Source: Cytophagales bacterium (GTDB lineage: Bacteria > Bacteroidota > Bacteroidia > Cytophagales > UBA9547). From it: a DNA stretch of 64,000 nt. The DNA is taken from NCBI GenBank assembly GCA_033765235.1, contig JANRIG010000020.1:56105-120104 (forward strand). The letters are read 5' to 3'. The notes beneath the pieces were generated by a model. That model was not told the DNA's origin. It saw only the letters and a list, made by a program, of their open reading frames with translations, and ran no database searches. Positions 7,525 through 18,095 of this stretch are shown here, piece by piece (within the stretch, counting starts at the first letter, position 1; each line of letters begins with the position of its first letter). The position numbers and the translations under genes are program-made.

Positions 7525-9969
7525 ATGAAAATCATATCAATATTTCTAATCTGTTTTGCTTCATCCCAAGTTTTTTCTCAAAGCCAAATAAAAGGAAAAA
7601 TCACTGATACATTAAGCTCCAAACCACTGGAATATGCCATAGTGAGTATTTTTAATACAAGTGATGATAAACTTGTTAACGGTAAACTCACTGACTCAAC
7701 AGGTACTTTTGTGTTTGACAAAATAGATGAGGGCAATTATTATTTGAAAATAGATCTGATTGGCTACCGAACTTCATACGTTAGGGGCATATTGATTGAT
7801 AAATCAAAAATGGTAAATCTGGGAAACATTAATATGAATGTATCATCTGCCATGCTCAATGAGGTAGAAGTTAATGCTGTGAAAGACCCAAATCAGGTGA
7901 AAATAGATAAGCAAACCTACAAGGCCGACCAATTTGAGTCTGCCAAAGGAGGCACAGCTATAGATGTATTGAAAAATCTGCCTTCTTTTACTATAAATGC
8001 GGAGGGCGATATACGACTGCGAGGCTCCGGTGGTATTTTGGTTTTAATCAATGGCAAACCTGTAAATGCTGATATCCAAACGGTTCTAAATCAAATACCT
8101 GCCAACTCTATCGAAAACATAGAACTCATCACGGCTCCTACCGCCAAATATGATGCTGATGGAAAATCAGGTATTATCAATATTACTACAAAAAAAGGCA
8201 CTACAGATGGGCTCACATTTATGGTAAATGGTCAATATGGTTTGCCAAGCGTAGACATGTACAACAACAAAGAACAACCCAAAAGATACGGTACTGATAT
8301 CACCCTCAACTATATCAAAAACAAATGGGACTTTACTTTTGGTGCAGGCTATTTGCAAAATGACATACAAGGGCTCAGAGACGGAGATGTAAATACTACT
8401 TTCAACAGCCGCTATACCACTTTTCCATCTATAGGCGAGCGAAGTTTTGACCGCAAAACCTACTCTGTAAGAGCCTCTATTACATATAATGTGAACAAAA
8501 ACAATAGCTTTAACTTTGCGGTATATCATGGGCAAAGGCAGCAGTTTCGCTTGGCCGATATTGATTACACCACTACCCGTTACATAAACGGATTGCCTGT
8601 AAGCAATTATCAATATTTCAATAACAATCTTGTCAAAAAGCAAGGCGAATTTTCGCTTGTAAATCTAGATTATACCTACACTTTTGCCAACAAATCTACC
8701 CTTAATCTTTCTGGATTGTATGAATATGCTTTTCTTGATGGATTTACTAAGAACAAAGATTTTGCTTTGGGAACCAATACTAACCCTATCAATGATATTC
8801 TAAATACAGGTACAAGCCCAATACATGGGCTGAGAGCCAAAACAGATTACACTATTAATATTGGCAAAGGCAAATTGGAAAGTGGCTACCAAATTCGTTA
8901 CCAAACCCAAACAGGAAGCTATGTATATAAAGATGTAATATTGAATTATACGACTGTAAACCAAACTGTTGATGCATATAGTGCAGACATACGCATCGAA
9001 AATCTCATCCATGGACTTTATTCTCAATATTCGGGCAAATTAAAAAAATTGGAATACACAATTGGTATGCGCTACGAACATGCACAGAGGCTCTTTACTT
9101 CAAGCAAAGGAGATAATTTTCCACTCACCTTAAACAATCTGTTTCCATCTGCCAACTTACTCTATGGCCTTAAAGAAAACGTAAAACTCAAAGGTGGTTT
9201 CAGCCGCAGGGTACAACGGTCTACCAACAATGAACTCAATCCTTATCCTGAGCGCGAACATGCCGAAACACTTGAACGTGGCGACCCTGATATCAAACCA
9301 GAATTTGTCAATCTTTCGGAATTGGGCCTCATATACGAATATAAAAAAGGCTCCGTGTTTTTTACTTTTTACAATCAATATATTGAAAACGTAGTAAACC
9401 GTGTGAACAATGTGTACAACGACACCATATTGAACAGAATATATACCAATGCCGGCAATGCTGCTATATGGGGCATAGAAGCAGGGTTTAACTATAATCC
9501 CATTAAATGGTGGAAAATATACATAGGAGGCAATATATACAATTATAATATCAGAGGCAGTTTGTTTGACAATGCAGTAACTGTAAAAAATAGTGGGTTG
9601 GCTTATTCCTTCAATACCAACCAAAATTTTCAACTCTTAAACACATTGAGTTTACAATTAAATATGAATTACCTGTCATTGAGACCTACAGCCATAGGTG
9701 AAGATTCTCGGTTTTTAAGTCCAAATATTTCTGTGAAAAAAACATTTTTAGGCGGTAAATTATCTGCTATGCTTCAATGGCAAAATATTGGATTAGGTAT
9801 ATTGCCCAGCAATGAACAGCGCATTACCACACGAGGTGCCAATTTTTATACTACCACCAATTATATCCAAGAAAAAGACGTGTTATGGATACATTTGAGC
9901 TACAACTTCAAGCAGTCCAATAAGAAAGTGAAATTGCCCGGCAGTGAATTTGGAGAAAAGGAATTTTGA
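7525..9969 (+). CDS. TonB-dependent receptor / outer-membrane beta-barrel protein with N-terminal carboxypeptidase-regulatory-like domain
   Basis: Signal peptide from ATG 7525; plug motif IENIELITAPTAKYDADGKSGIINITTKK; amphipathic beta-strands; C-terminal FGEKEF. Confidence 0.88.
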   Translation: MKIISIFLICFASSQVFSQSQIKGKITDTLSSKPLEYAIVSIFNTSDDKLVNGKLTDSTGTFVFDKIDEGNYYLKIDLIGYRTSYVRGILIDKSKMVNLGNINMNVSSAMLNEVEVNAVKDPNQVKIDKQTYKADQFESAKGGTAIDVLKNLPSFTINAEGDIRLRGSGGILVLINGKPVNADIQTVLNQIPANSIENIELITAPTAKYDADGKSGIINITTKKGTTDGLTFMVNGQYGLPSVDMYNNKEQPKRYGTDITLNYIKNKWDFTFGAGYLQNDIQGLRDGDVNTTFNSRYTTFPSIGERSFDRKTYSVRASITYNVNKNNSFNFAVYHGQRQQFRLADIDYTTTRYINGLPVSNYQYFNNNLVKKQGEFSLVNLDYTYTFANKSTLNLSGLYEYAFLDGFTKNKDFALGTNTNPINDILNTGTSPIHGLRAKTDYTINIGKGKLESGYQIRYQTQTGSYVYKDVILNYTTVNQTVDAYSADIRIENLIHGLYSQYSGKLKKLEYTIGMRYEHAQRLFTSSKGDNFPLTLNNLFPSANLLYGLKENVKLKGGFSRRVQRSTNNELNPYPEREHAETLERGDPDIKPEFVNLSELGLIYEYKKGSVFFTFYNQYIENVVNRVNNVYNDTILNRIYTNAGNAAIWGIEAGFNYNPIKWWKIYIGGNIYNYNIRGSLFDNAVTVKNSGLAYSFNTNQNFQLLNTLSLQLNMNYLSLRPTAIGEDSRFLSPNISVKKTFLGGKLSAMLQWQNIGLGILPSNEQRITTRGANFYTTTNYIQEKDVLWIHLSYNFKQSNKKVKLPGSEFGEKEF

Positions 9970-9999
9970 TTACAATATTTTAACAAGAATAGAAAACCT

Positions 10000-10782
10000 A
10001 TGAAAAAAGCAAGTTTTAATCTTAATATATTAGACGTATATATATTCATATTTTCCATTTCAATTATTCTTTTTTGTTCTGTAAATAATGCAATTGCCCA
10101 AAAAAATGTCACAAACCGCACCCAAAGTTGGGTTGGATACTTTAATCAAACCAGAATTTCTAACAAATTTGGCTTTTGGCTCGATGTTCATTTCAGAAAC
10201 TTAGATATTGCTCATCCACACCAAACCTTGGTAAGGCCTGCATTTATTTTTTATATCAACGATAATTTCAGACTCAATGCAGGATATGCCTATGTCTATA
10301 ACTTTGCACCTGAAGGCCGAAATTCTTCATTTCAAGAACATCGCCCGTGGCAGCAACTTTGGTGGCGCACCAAATACCCGGGTTTTGTAACCACCCAGTG
10401 GCTCCGTGCCGAGCAGCGTTTTGTAGAAAATGTGGTAAATGACCAACTCACAGGCGATTTTACATTTAATCACAGATTTAGGTATAATTTGTTTTTACAA
10501 GTACCTTTAATAGGTAAGGATATGAAAGCAAAAACACCTTATTTTGCCCTACAAAATGAAATATTCATCAATGCCGGCAAAAATATTGTTTACAATGTAT
10601 TTGACCAAAATAGGTTTTTTGTAGGGTTTGGATATTACTTCACCGACCACTTGCATATACAGCTGGGCTATATGAATATCTTTCAGCAAAGACCCTCAGG
10701 AAATGAATTTTACAACAATGATTGTATCAGGTTATTTGCATTTCATACACTTGATTTTCGCAAAAAAGAAGAAACACATTAA
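10000..10782 (+). CDS. DUF2490 family outer-membrane beta-barrel protein
   Basis: EHRPWQQ, RxEQRF, RFRY and FDQNRFFVGFGY motifs. Confidence 0.8.
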   Translation: MKKASFNLNILDVYIFIFSISIILFCSVNNAIAQKNVTNRTQSWVGYFNQTRISNKFGFWLDVHFRNLDIAHPHQTLVRPAFIFYINDNFRLNAGYAYVYNFAPEGRNSSFQEHRPWQQLWWRTKYPGFVTTQWLRAEQRFVENVVNDQLTGDFTFNHRFRYNLFLQVPLIGKDMKAKTPYFALQNEIFINAGKNIVYNVFDQNRFFVGFGYYFTDHLHIQLGYMNIFQQRPSGNEFYNNDCIRLFAFHTLDFRKKEETH

Positions 10783-10793
10783 GGAATCTAACA

Positions 10794-10828
10794 AAAAACC
10801 TATACTATTATTGGTACTATGGGTTTTT
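10794..10828 (+). terminator. Probable intrinsic terminator after the DUF2490 gene
   Basis: AAAAACCTATA ... TATGGGTTTTT stem ending in a T run. Confidence 0.5.
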
Positions 10829-11014
10829 ATAAATTTTTGAATGGAAAAGAAAAAGAGAAAACAGAGAAAAATATGATGAAAAATATAAAAGTACCCTAAA
10901 GATTAATACTTCTGATTGTTACTTCTCTATAGATAATCAAAAAACTATTTATAATAGCTTTAACCCAAAATACAACTTATTCCATAATATTGCACCTCAA
11001 AAATATACATTCAA

Positions 11015-12487
11015 ATGGCAAAACTTCCAAAACGAAGTGAAGACTACCCCATGTGGTACAACGAACTTGTAAAATCAGCAGACCTGGCCGAAAACTCAGC
11101 CGTGAGAGGCTGTATGGTCATAAAACCATACGGATACTCCATCTGGGAAAAAATGCAGGCTGCACTCGACCAAATGTTCAAAGATACCGGGCATACCAAT
11201 GCCTATTTTCCACTCTTTATTCCCAAGTCATACCTCAGCAAGGAAGCAAGCCATGTGGAGGGTTTTGCCAAAGAGTGTGCCGTAGTCACCCACTATCGCC
11301 TCAAAAATGCCCCCGACGGCAGTGGGGTCATTGTAGACCCTGATGCTAAGCTCGAAGAAGAACTCATCGTAAGACCCACCTCCGAAACAGTGATTTGGAG
11401 CACCTACAAAAACTGGATACAATCATACCGCGACCTTCCCTTGCTCATAAACCAATGGGCCAATGTGGTACGCTGGGAAATGCGCACCCGCCTTTTTTTA
11501 CGCACAGCAGAGTTTCTATGGCAGGAAGGCCATACTGCACATGCCACTGCACAAGAAGCCATAGAAGAAACACTCAAAATGCTTGATGTATATACCCACT
11601 TTGCCGAAAAATATATGGCAATGCCGGTGATAAGAGGTGTGAAAACCCCCAATGAACGGTTTGCAGGGGCGGTAGACACCTACTGTATAGAAGCCCTTAT
11701 GCAAGATGGAAAAGCTCTACAAGCAGGTACATCTCACTTTTTAGGGCAAAATTTTGCCAAAGCATTTGATGTAAAATTCCTCAACAAAGACAACAAACAA
11801 GATTTTGTATGGGGCACATCTTGGGGTGTGAGCACACGCCTGATGGGTGCACTCATCATGGCACACTCCGATGACGATGGACTGATTTTACCTCCAAAAC
11901 TTGCACCAATTCAGGTAGTTATAATCCCTATATATAAAACTGACGAACAAAAATCTAATATCGAAGCCGTAGCAGATACACTATGCAATAGTTTAAAAAA
12001 TCAAGGAATTAGTGTAAAATATGACCAAAGAGATACCCACACACCTGGCTACAAATTTGCTGATTATGAGCTCAAAGGCATACCTCTGCGAATAGCCATA
12101 GGGCCAAGGGATATAGAAAATAGTACCATAGAGCTTGCACGCCGCGATACAAAAGAAAAAATGGTGGTGAGTATAGACAATGCTGTACAAATTATATCCA
12201 ACTTATTAATTGATATTCAGCAAAATATATACAATAAAGCACTTGCCTACCAAAAAGCCAATACCACCATCACCAATACTTGGGATGAATTTAAAGAGGT
12301 AATACTCAATAAAGGAGGCTTTGCACTCGCTCATTGGGACGGCACCACAGATACCGAAGAAAAAATAAAACAAGAAACCAAAGCCACCATTCGTTGCATA
12401 CCCTTAGCAAATGTTATCGAATCGGGCAAATGTATATACTCAGGAAACCCATCTACACAAAGAGTATTATTTGCAATAAATTATTGA
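11015..12487 (+). CDS. proS: Proline--tRNA ligase (archaeal/eukaryotic-like type)
   Basis: [41 protein letters not shown] motifs; C-terminal Tyr. Confidence 0.97.
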   Translation: MAKLPKRSEDYPMWYNELVKSADLAENSAVRGCMVIKPYGYSIWEKMQAALDQMFKDTGHTNAYFPLFIPKSYLSKEASHVEGFAKECAVVTHYRLKNAPDGSGVIVDPDAKLEEELIVRPTSETVIWSTYKNWIQSYRDLPLLINQWANVVRWEMRTRLFLRTAEFLWQEGHTAHATAQEAIEETLKMLDVYTHFAEKYMAMPVIRGVKTPNERFAGAVDTYCIEALMQDGKALQAGTSHFLGQNFAKAFDVKFLNKDNKQDFVWGTSWGVSTRLMGALIMAHSDDDGLILPPKLAPIQVVIIPIYKTDEQKSNIEAVADTLCNSLKNQGISVKYDQRDTHTPGYKFADYELKGIPLRIAIGPRDIENSTIELARRDTKEKMVVSIDNAVQIISNLLIDIQQNIYNKALAYQKANTTITNTWDEFKEVILNKGGFALAHWDGTTDTEEKIKQETKATIRCIPLANVIESGKCIYSGNPSTQRVLFAINY

Positions 12488-12507
12488 ATATGACAAATTG
12501 AGATTAA

Positions 12508-12541
12508 TATTGATTAACTTTACACAAAAATGTAATCAATA
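12508..12541. promoter_or_regulatory. Inverted repeat, candidate autoregulatory operator of the DeoR regulator
   Basis: TATTGATTA-N16-TAATCAATA, perfect 9-bp arms ending 3 nt before the ATG. Confidence 0.45.
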
Positions 12542-12544
12542 GTT

Positions 12545-13309
12545 ATGACACAAGTACATCGTCATAGGTTAATATTGGAGCGCATTCATTCTCACGGAGC
12601 TATCAGTGTAGATGAAGCCTGCGAAATGTACAACACCTCACCTGCCACCATACGAAGAGATTTTAACCAAATAGTATCCGATGGAAAAGCCGACAAAACG
12701 TGGGGAGGCATTATAAAAAAATCAGATGAATTGTACACCATCAATGGAATGCTGCCTGTATCATACCGCAAAGAACAAAATATTACTGAAAAAATACTTA
12801 TAGCACAAAAAGCAGCCTCACTCATTCAAGATGGCGATGTAGTCATGATAGATGGTGGCACTACTACCTACTATATGGCACCCTATATTGCCGCAAAAAA
12901 AATACGTATCATTACAAATTCTATCATTATAGCCATGCAAATTGATATTGAGCGTAAACAAAGCAATGGTGCAGAAGTATTTCTTACAGGCGGCATGCTG
13001 TATCCTGAGTCTGGGCTACTCATAGGGCCTCAAACCAATATTAGTATCAAAAATTATTATGCTAAATATACGTTTTTATCTGCCGGAGCCATAGATGCAG
13101 ATGGCCCTTCAAACTCTAACCAAATGGTAGTAGAAACCGAAAAAGCCATGATACAAAACTGCAAAAATGTAGTACTACTGGCAGACCATAGCAAATTTGG
13201 TCAAAAACACATGTGTAGCGTATGCGAATGGAGCGATATTACTTTTCTAATATCAAACACATATGACGGTACAGAAAAAATTGTACCATCATATGTAAAT
13301 AAAATCTGA
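12545..13309 (+). CDS. DeoR/GlpR family transcriptional regulator
   Basis: HTH SPATIRRDF; DGGTTT, ITNS and LADHSKFG motifs of the DeoRC sensor domain. Confidence 0.93.
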   Translation: MTQVHRHRLILERIHSHGAISVDEACEMYNTSPATIRRDFNQIVSDGKADKTWGGIIKKSDELYTINGMLPVSYRKEQNITEKILIAQKAASLIQDGDVVMIDGGTTTYYMAPYIAAKKIRIITNSIIIAMQIDIERKQSNGAEVFLTGGMLYPESGLLIGPQTNISIKNYYAKYTFLSAGAIDADGPSNSNQMVVETEKAMIQNCKNVVLLADHSKFGQKHMCSVCEWSDITFLISNTYDGTEKIVPSYVNKI

Positions 13310-13357
13310 ATGTGAATGAATAACAAAAATTAGATTAGAAATACAAATCTTTAGGTA

Positions 13358-14341
13358 TTAAAACTCCCAAAGATTGTGTTCATACTCCATGATATCTACC
13401 GAAGCCTTTTCAGAGCCGTATCTGCCGGCTTTAGGATCTCCACCATATGTATCTACTATGAGCTCATCATAAGGATTTGACACTTTGATGATAAAAGATG
13501 AAAATAATCGTAAGTCAAAAGCATCCACAAAGTTTTTGTGTTCGGCATCATTCTCACGGTTAAACCATATCGCTCTACCATCTTTTCTAAATTGCTCACA
13601 CAAATCTTTGTATTTTATCACAGCTACAGGTTGGTTAAATCCTCGAGGGTTTATGGCAGCCGGTATATACAGGGTAAAAGCTATGATATCATAATACATA
13701 CGTGAACGTTTTTTGTCAAATATCACGTCTTCTTTTATATCTATCAATGTGAGCAACTTAGGATCTATATCCCTTGATTGTGATAACAATTGCTTTTTTT
13801 CCTCTTCAGACATACCTGTAGTATCAGGCATTATATTGTTAGGGTCTACCAAGTTGGCTTTGAACTGTTCTTCAGTAAGTGATTTACCTTCATCCAAAGA
13901 GTCTGTAGCATAAGCTTTAAGTTTGCCCATTTTCAAATATTCTATAATGAGTACAGGCAACTCCTTGCTAGATGACATGAAGCCTTTATTTTGCTTTTCT
14001 TTCATGTCAAGCCTACGCCATACAGTTTTTCTGAACATTATATCCTTATCTAAAATAGGGTGTATTGAGTATTTATTGTATTTATCAGGAGAAACAACTC
14101 TTTTGATTTTGGCTTCATATTCAGCCAATTTTCTAGTTCTTTCTTCTTCTGCAGCTGCTTTCTTTTTGTTTTCTTCCTCTAATGCAGCTGCTTTAGCAGC
14201 ATCTTGCTCAGCTTTTAATTGCTCCGCAGATTTTACAGGTGTTGCCGGTGCAGCGGGAACAGCCTTTTTTTTGCCTTTTTGCGCGTATCCTGCAGTGGCA
14301 AATATGGCTAATACGATAATAAATAAATACTTTCTGTTCAT
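13358..14341 (-). CDS. gldN: Gliding motility / T9SS protein GldN (PorN)
   Basis: KTVWRRLD, KEDVIFDKKRSRMYYDI, RLFSSFIIK, EYEHNLWEF; last gene of gldKLMN. Confidence 0.93.
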   Translation of the reverse strand: MNRKYLFIIVLAIFATAGYAQKGKKKAVPAAPATPVKSAEQLKAEQDAAKAAALEEENKKKAAAEEERTRKLAEYEAKIKRVVSPDKYNKYSIHPILDKDIMFRKTVWRRLDMKEKQNKGFMSSSKELPVLIIEYLKMGKLKAYATDSLDEGKSLTEEQFKANLVDPNNIMPDTTGMSEEEKKQLLSQSRDIDPKLLTLIDIKEDVIFDKKRSRMYYDIIAFTLYIPAAINPRGFNQPVAVIKYKDLCEQFRKDGRAIWFNRENDAEHKNFVDAFDLRLFSSFIIKVSNPYDELIVDTYGGDPKAGRYGSEKASVDIMEYEHNLWEF

Positions 14342-14351
14342 TATTTTATAT

Positions 14352-15980
14352 TTAATCTACAATTGGTACAGTATATATAACTTGAGTAATTTTTACTTCT
14401 TCTGTTTTATCATAGAAGTTTGTACGAAGTACTTGTTTTATCTCAAGAGTAATCCTGTCATTGGCTTTAGCTTGGCTGGCAAAGTCAGATAAGTCTAATA
14501 CTTCTGCCACAGCATCTTTTTGTTTTATCAACCTTGAGCCACGAAGTAAGTATGCAGTCCATTTTGTAATTTTGTAGCGTGCATCTTTGGGGTTTGAAGC
14601 TGCAAAATCTGCAAGGGGTACCGCTTTTACTTGGAGTGACCTGGGACCAGGAGCTTTAATACCATTTTTCATATCTACAGGTTTGCCATTATATATGATG
14701 TTTATATCCGGCTTAGGTACAGGTTTTACAGGAAAGTTTACATCTCCAATGTAGTTTCCGCTGCTGCTTACTTTTATGGTAACATTTTTGGTGTTAGGCA
14801 CTACATATATTTCGCCTTTTTGTTGACCGTTTTGTATATCGGCACCTGTTGCCACAAATGATGGGTTATAAACAGAACCTAAAGCAGGAACGTTGATTTG
14901 AAGAGGGTTACCGCAGTTCATGTACAAGGCACTTACTGCACCTGATTGTACTTGTATTACAGGTTTGGCTACAACGTATTCTCCTTTTACTATAAATGTA
15001 GTATCATTTCCTTTGTTTTTGAAAGTTACAGATCCTGACCATGTTTTTTTGCAAAGACCATCTTTATCGTAGCTTCCACCGGTAGCCACAAACTCAAGTT
15101 TACCCATACCGCTTTTGTCAACTTGAAGTTGACGACCGTCTACTTTTATTTGAGGTTTGATAGCGGATGATGAAGCAGACAAAAATACTTCTGCAAGATA
15201 TTTAGTTCCGGCAGCTACTACTCGAGAGTCTGCGCGATACATGGCAAATACTTGGTCGAATTTTATATCTGTAGCACCCAATTGCACAGCCAAAAGATTA
15301 AGAGCATCTGCTTCATATTTAAGCACTTCAGATTCCAAATTGCTCATTACAGCCATACTGGCACACATGGGAGTTTGACCAAAGTTAAGTGCAGCAAAAT
15401 CTTTGCGTTTTTGCTCACTACTTTTAGGTATCCTTTTGTCATCTTTAGCATCCATAGCTATATTTGGAAACCTACGTATGATAGCACTGGGTCCTTCACC
15501 TTCTTTGAGTTTCATGTCATCCAAATAATCGCAAAACTTTTTTACTTTAGCTTGTAGTTCATATGCTTTACCTTTTTTGGAGCCTTCCGGACCTATCATG
15601 AATACTTCAACAGCAGTTTCTTCTTTGGCACCTTTCCAACTGCCGTCTTCTTCCAAACCACCTGTCACTTTCACGATGTCTTCGCGTACTTTATCAATGA
15701 AATCTTTGATTTCTTGAGCTTCTTTTCGCACCTCTTTTGCACGTGTAAGTACTTGTATATCAGACGGTTTATTTCCAGCATCTGCTACAGCTTTTTCAAT
15801 AGTTTTTTCTGTATCAATATTGTTTTTATCCATCTCATCGTTTGAGTATTGCAAACTATCGTCAAGCATTTTAAACTTTTCCATGATAGCTGAACTCACC
15901 TGTAGGGCAAGTAGTGCCAGTAGCACCAAATACATGAGCCCAATCAGTTTTTGCCTTGGGGTTTCTTTACCTCCTGCCAT
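14352..15980 (-). CDS. gldM: Gliding motility / T9SS motor protein GldM (PorM)
   Basis: N-terminal ETPRQKLIGLMYLVLLALLALQVS; LYMNCGNP motif. Confidence 0.96.
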   Translation of the reverse strand: MAGGKETPRQKLIGLMYLVLLALLALQVSSAIMEKFKMLDDSLQYSNDEMDKNNIDTEKTIEKAVADAGNKPSDIQVLTRAKEVRKEAQEIKDFIDKVREDIVKVTGGLEEDGSWKGAKEETAVEVFMIGPEGSKKGKAYELQAKVKKFCDYLDDMKLKEGEGPSAIIRRFPNIAMDAKDDKRIPKSSEQKRKDFAALNFGQTPMCASMAVMSNLESEVLKYEADALNLLAVQLGATDIKFDQVFAMYRADSRVVAAGTKYLAEVFLSASSSAIKPQIKVDGRQLQVDKSGMGKLEFVATGGSYDKDGLCKKTWSGSVTFKNKGNDTTFIVKGEYVVAKPVIQVQSGAVSALYMNCGNPLQINVPALGSVYNPSFVATGADIQNGQQKGEIYVVPNTKNVTIKVSSSGNYIGDVNFPVKPVPKPDINIIYNGKPVDMKNGIKAPGPRSLQVKAVPLADFAASNPKDARYKITKWTAYLLRGSRLIKQKDAVAEVLDLSDFASQAKANDRITLEIKQVLRTNFYDKTEEVKITQVIYTVPIVD

Positions 15981-16032
15981 TTTTTTATCTTATTATATTG
16001 TTATACAAATAAATATTTTAATATTCTACAGA

Positions 16033-16854
16033 TTATGCTCTCATAGCACTGAGCATGTTGCCATACACAGTATTGAGTGATGAAAGGTTACCTGTAAGTT
16101 TTGAAAGTTCGCTTTTGAACGATTGAGTATCTTTGCTTGCTTCTGACATATTTTCCATAGCAGCGGACAAACTTGAATAAAACTTGTTCATTGATTTCAA
16201 GTGTACATTTACGTCTTGAAGTTCCATTTCATATACTGCATTGAGAGCACTTAAATTTTTGGTAATGCTTTGTACTTGCGTATGGTATTCTTTAGCATCT
16301 GTAGATGATTTAGCCATTTCAGACATTGCAGTCACTGTAGATGAATATACTTTGTTAAGTTCTTGCACGGTAGATGTAGCTGCTTTTACATTTTGAGCAT
16401 ATTCGTCTGATGCCACTGCAGCGGAAGCAATAGTGCCCATTTTATTCACAGTTTCTGTGAGAGAATTGAACCCTGTACCAAGTTTTTGGAGTGTTTCACC
16501 TGTAATGTTGGCATCGCTAAGCATATCATCCATTTTTTTGACGAGGCTTCCTTTGTCATCTTTCTTTTTGTCAACTTTATGTTGGGTGTGAGAATGTTGC
16601 TCTCCTAAGTCAGGATATACAATAGTCCAATCGGGTTCGGCAATGGGAGGTGCAAAAGCGAATAATAAGAAAAGTACAGCTTCTGTGCCCAACCCAACTA
16701 TAAGCATGGGTGCAGCACCCGGCCAGTGCATGATTTTAAAAAGTGCACCGAGGATAACTACTGATGCTCCTACACCTGTAATAACGGGGGCTATTTTTAC
16801 ATAAAATTTATCTTTGCCAGATAATGGATGCGAGGTTCTGTAAGGGATACTCAT
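16033..16854 (-). CDS. gldL: Gliding motility / T9SS motor protein GldL (PorL)
   Basis: GASVVILGALFKIMHWPGA, GLGTEA, DWTIVYP; C-terminal LNTVYGNMLSAM. Confidence 0.96.
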   Translation of the reverse strand: MSIPYRTSHPLSGKDKFYVKIAPVITGVGASVVILGALFKIMHWPGAAPMLIVGLGTEAVLFLLFAFAPPIAEPDWTIVYPDLGEQHSHTQHKVDKKKDDKGSLVKKMDDMLSDANITGETLQKLGTGFNSLTETVNKMGTIASAAVASDEYAQNVKAATSTVQELNKVYSSTVTAMSEMAKSSTDAKEYHTQVQSITKNLSALNAVYEMELQDVNVHLKSMNKFYSSLSAAMENMSEASKDTQSFKSELSKLTGNLSSLNTVYGNMLSAMRA

Positions 16855-16908
16855 AGTTTGGAGAAATTAATGGATGATGGTAAATAATTAAGTTATACAA
16901 AGATTAAA

Positions 16909-18003
16909 TTAAAATTCCTGACCAGATGATCGACCTAAGTAGGTCATAACACATCTAAATCCGATAAAAGATTTGGCAGTATCAGAATATTCGAAGGTAC
17001 GTGAGCCTAATTCAAGGAAATATGCTACATCTTTCCATGATCCTCCGCGTACTAATTTTCTTTTTTCGTTTTCATTATAATAAGTTGGATTCATATCCCA
17101 AACCAATGGAACTGAGGCTTCATAAAAAGCGTCTTCGCACCACTCTGATACGTTTCCTGACATATCATAAAGACCATAGTCATTAGAAAAATAAGATCCG
17201 GTAGGTGCAGTATACATAAATCCATCGTCGTAATAGTTGCCACGACCCGGCTTTAAGTTTGCAAGCATACAGCCTTTGGAGTTACGAATATAAGGGCCTC
17301 CCCAAGGATATTTGGTCATGTCTCTGCCTCCACGTCCGGCATATTCCCATTCTGCTTCTGACGGGAGTCTGAATTTAGGGTTAGCAAAAAGATTGAGACC
17401 ACTTAGTTCTGTACGCCACTCATTCATGTAACGTGTGCGCCAATCGCAAAACATGCGAGCCGATGACCAATCAACACCTACAACAGGATATTCGTCAAAA
17501 GCAGGGTGGTAGAAATAATATTCCATCATAGGGTCTCCCATGTGGTGTGCGAAATCTCTAACCCAAACTGTGGTGTCAGGGTAAAGCTCTCGCATGATAA
17601 ATTCATCTCCTTTGCTTTTGACAGTGGAGTCAAGATAGGCTTGTGTATTTTTCCAATCAGGGTACTCGTCGGGGCGAAGAAGGAAGTATATAAATTGGCG
17701 ATATTCGTTGTTAGTAACCTCAGTTTCATCCATATAGAATCCACCGATAGTGATTTGTTTGTTAAAATTAATTTGCGTAGCAGGCACGTCTTGGTCTGCT
17801 TGACCCATGTGGAAAGTACCTGATGGGCATACTACCATGCCATAAGGTGTACTTTGTGACCAACCTACTCTGTCAGGCACTCCAATTAAGTCACCTCCTC
17901 CTGTGTCGGTAGAACTTGCACCGCCGCAAGATTGAATAATAATAATGGCAAATAAGAGCGCTACTAAGTTAAGCGAATACTTATTAACAAGTTGTTTTAT
18001 CAT
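16909..18003 (-). CDS. gldK: Gliding motility / T9SS lipoprotein GldK (PorK), FGE-sulfatase fold
   Basis: Lipobox IQSC; DETEVTNNEY, YPDTTVW, RLPSEAEWEYA, RGGSWKD, IGFRCV; located between porP and gldL. Confidence 0.93.
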   Translation of the reverse strand: MIKQLVNKYSLNLVALLFAIIIIQSCGGASSTDTGGGDLIGVPDRVGWSQSTPYGMVVCPSGTFHMGQADQDVPATQINFNKQITIGGFYMDETEVTNNEYRQFIYFLLRPDEYPDWKNTQAYLDSTVKSKGDEFIMRELYPDTTVWVRDFAHHMGDPMMEYYFYHPAFDEYPVVGVDWSSARMFCDWRTRYMNEWRTELSGLNLFANPKFRLPSEAEWEYAGRGGRDMTKYPWGGPYIRNSKGCMLANLKPGRGNYYDDGFMYTAPTGSYFSNDYGLYDMSGNVSEWCEDAFYEASVPLVWDMNPTYYNENEKRKLVRGGSWKDVAYFLELGSRTFEYSDTAKSFIGFRCVMTYLGRSSGQEF

Positions 18004-18035
18004 AAAACCAAGTTTCCTTTAGTGTTTAAACTTTT

Positions 18036-18043
18036 CAAAACTA
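18036..18043 (-). promoter_or_regulatory. -7 promoter element for gldKLMN
   Basis: Minus-strand TAGTTTTG about 32 nt upstream of the gldK ATG. Confidence 0.45.
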
Positions 18044-18095
18044 TGCATTAAATTTTTAATATACAACATGATATTAAAAAAAAATGCATTTTTTT

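Noticed and set aside
16909-18003. FGE-fold protein as the formylglycine-generating enzyme for the sulfatase
   Set aside because: It is the lipoprotein GldK in gldKLMN and lacks the FGE catalytic cysteine motif. No sulfatase maturase is visible in the window.
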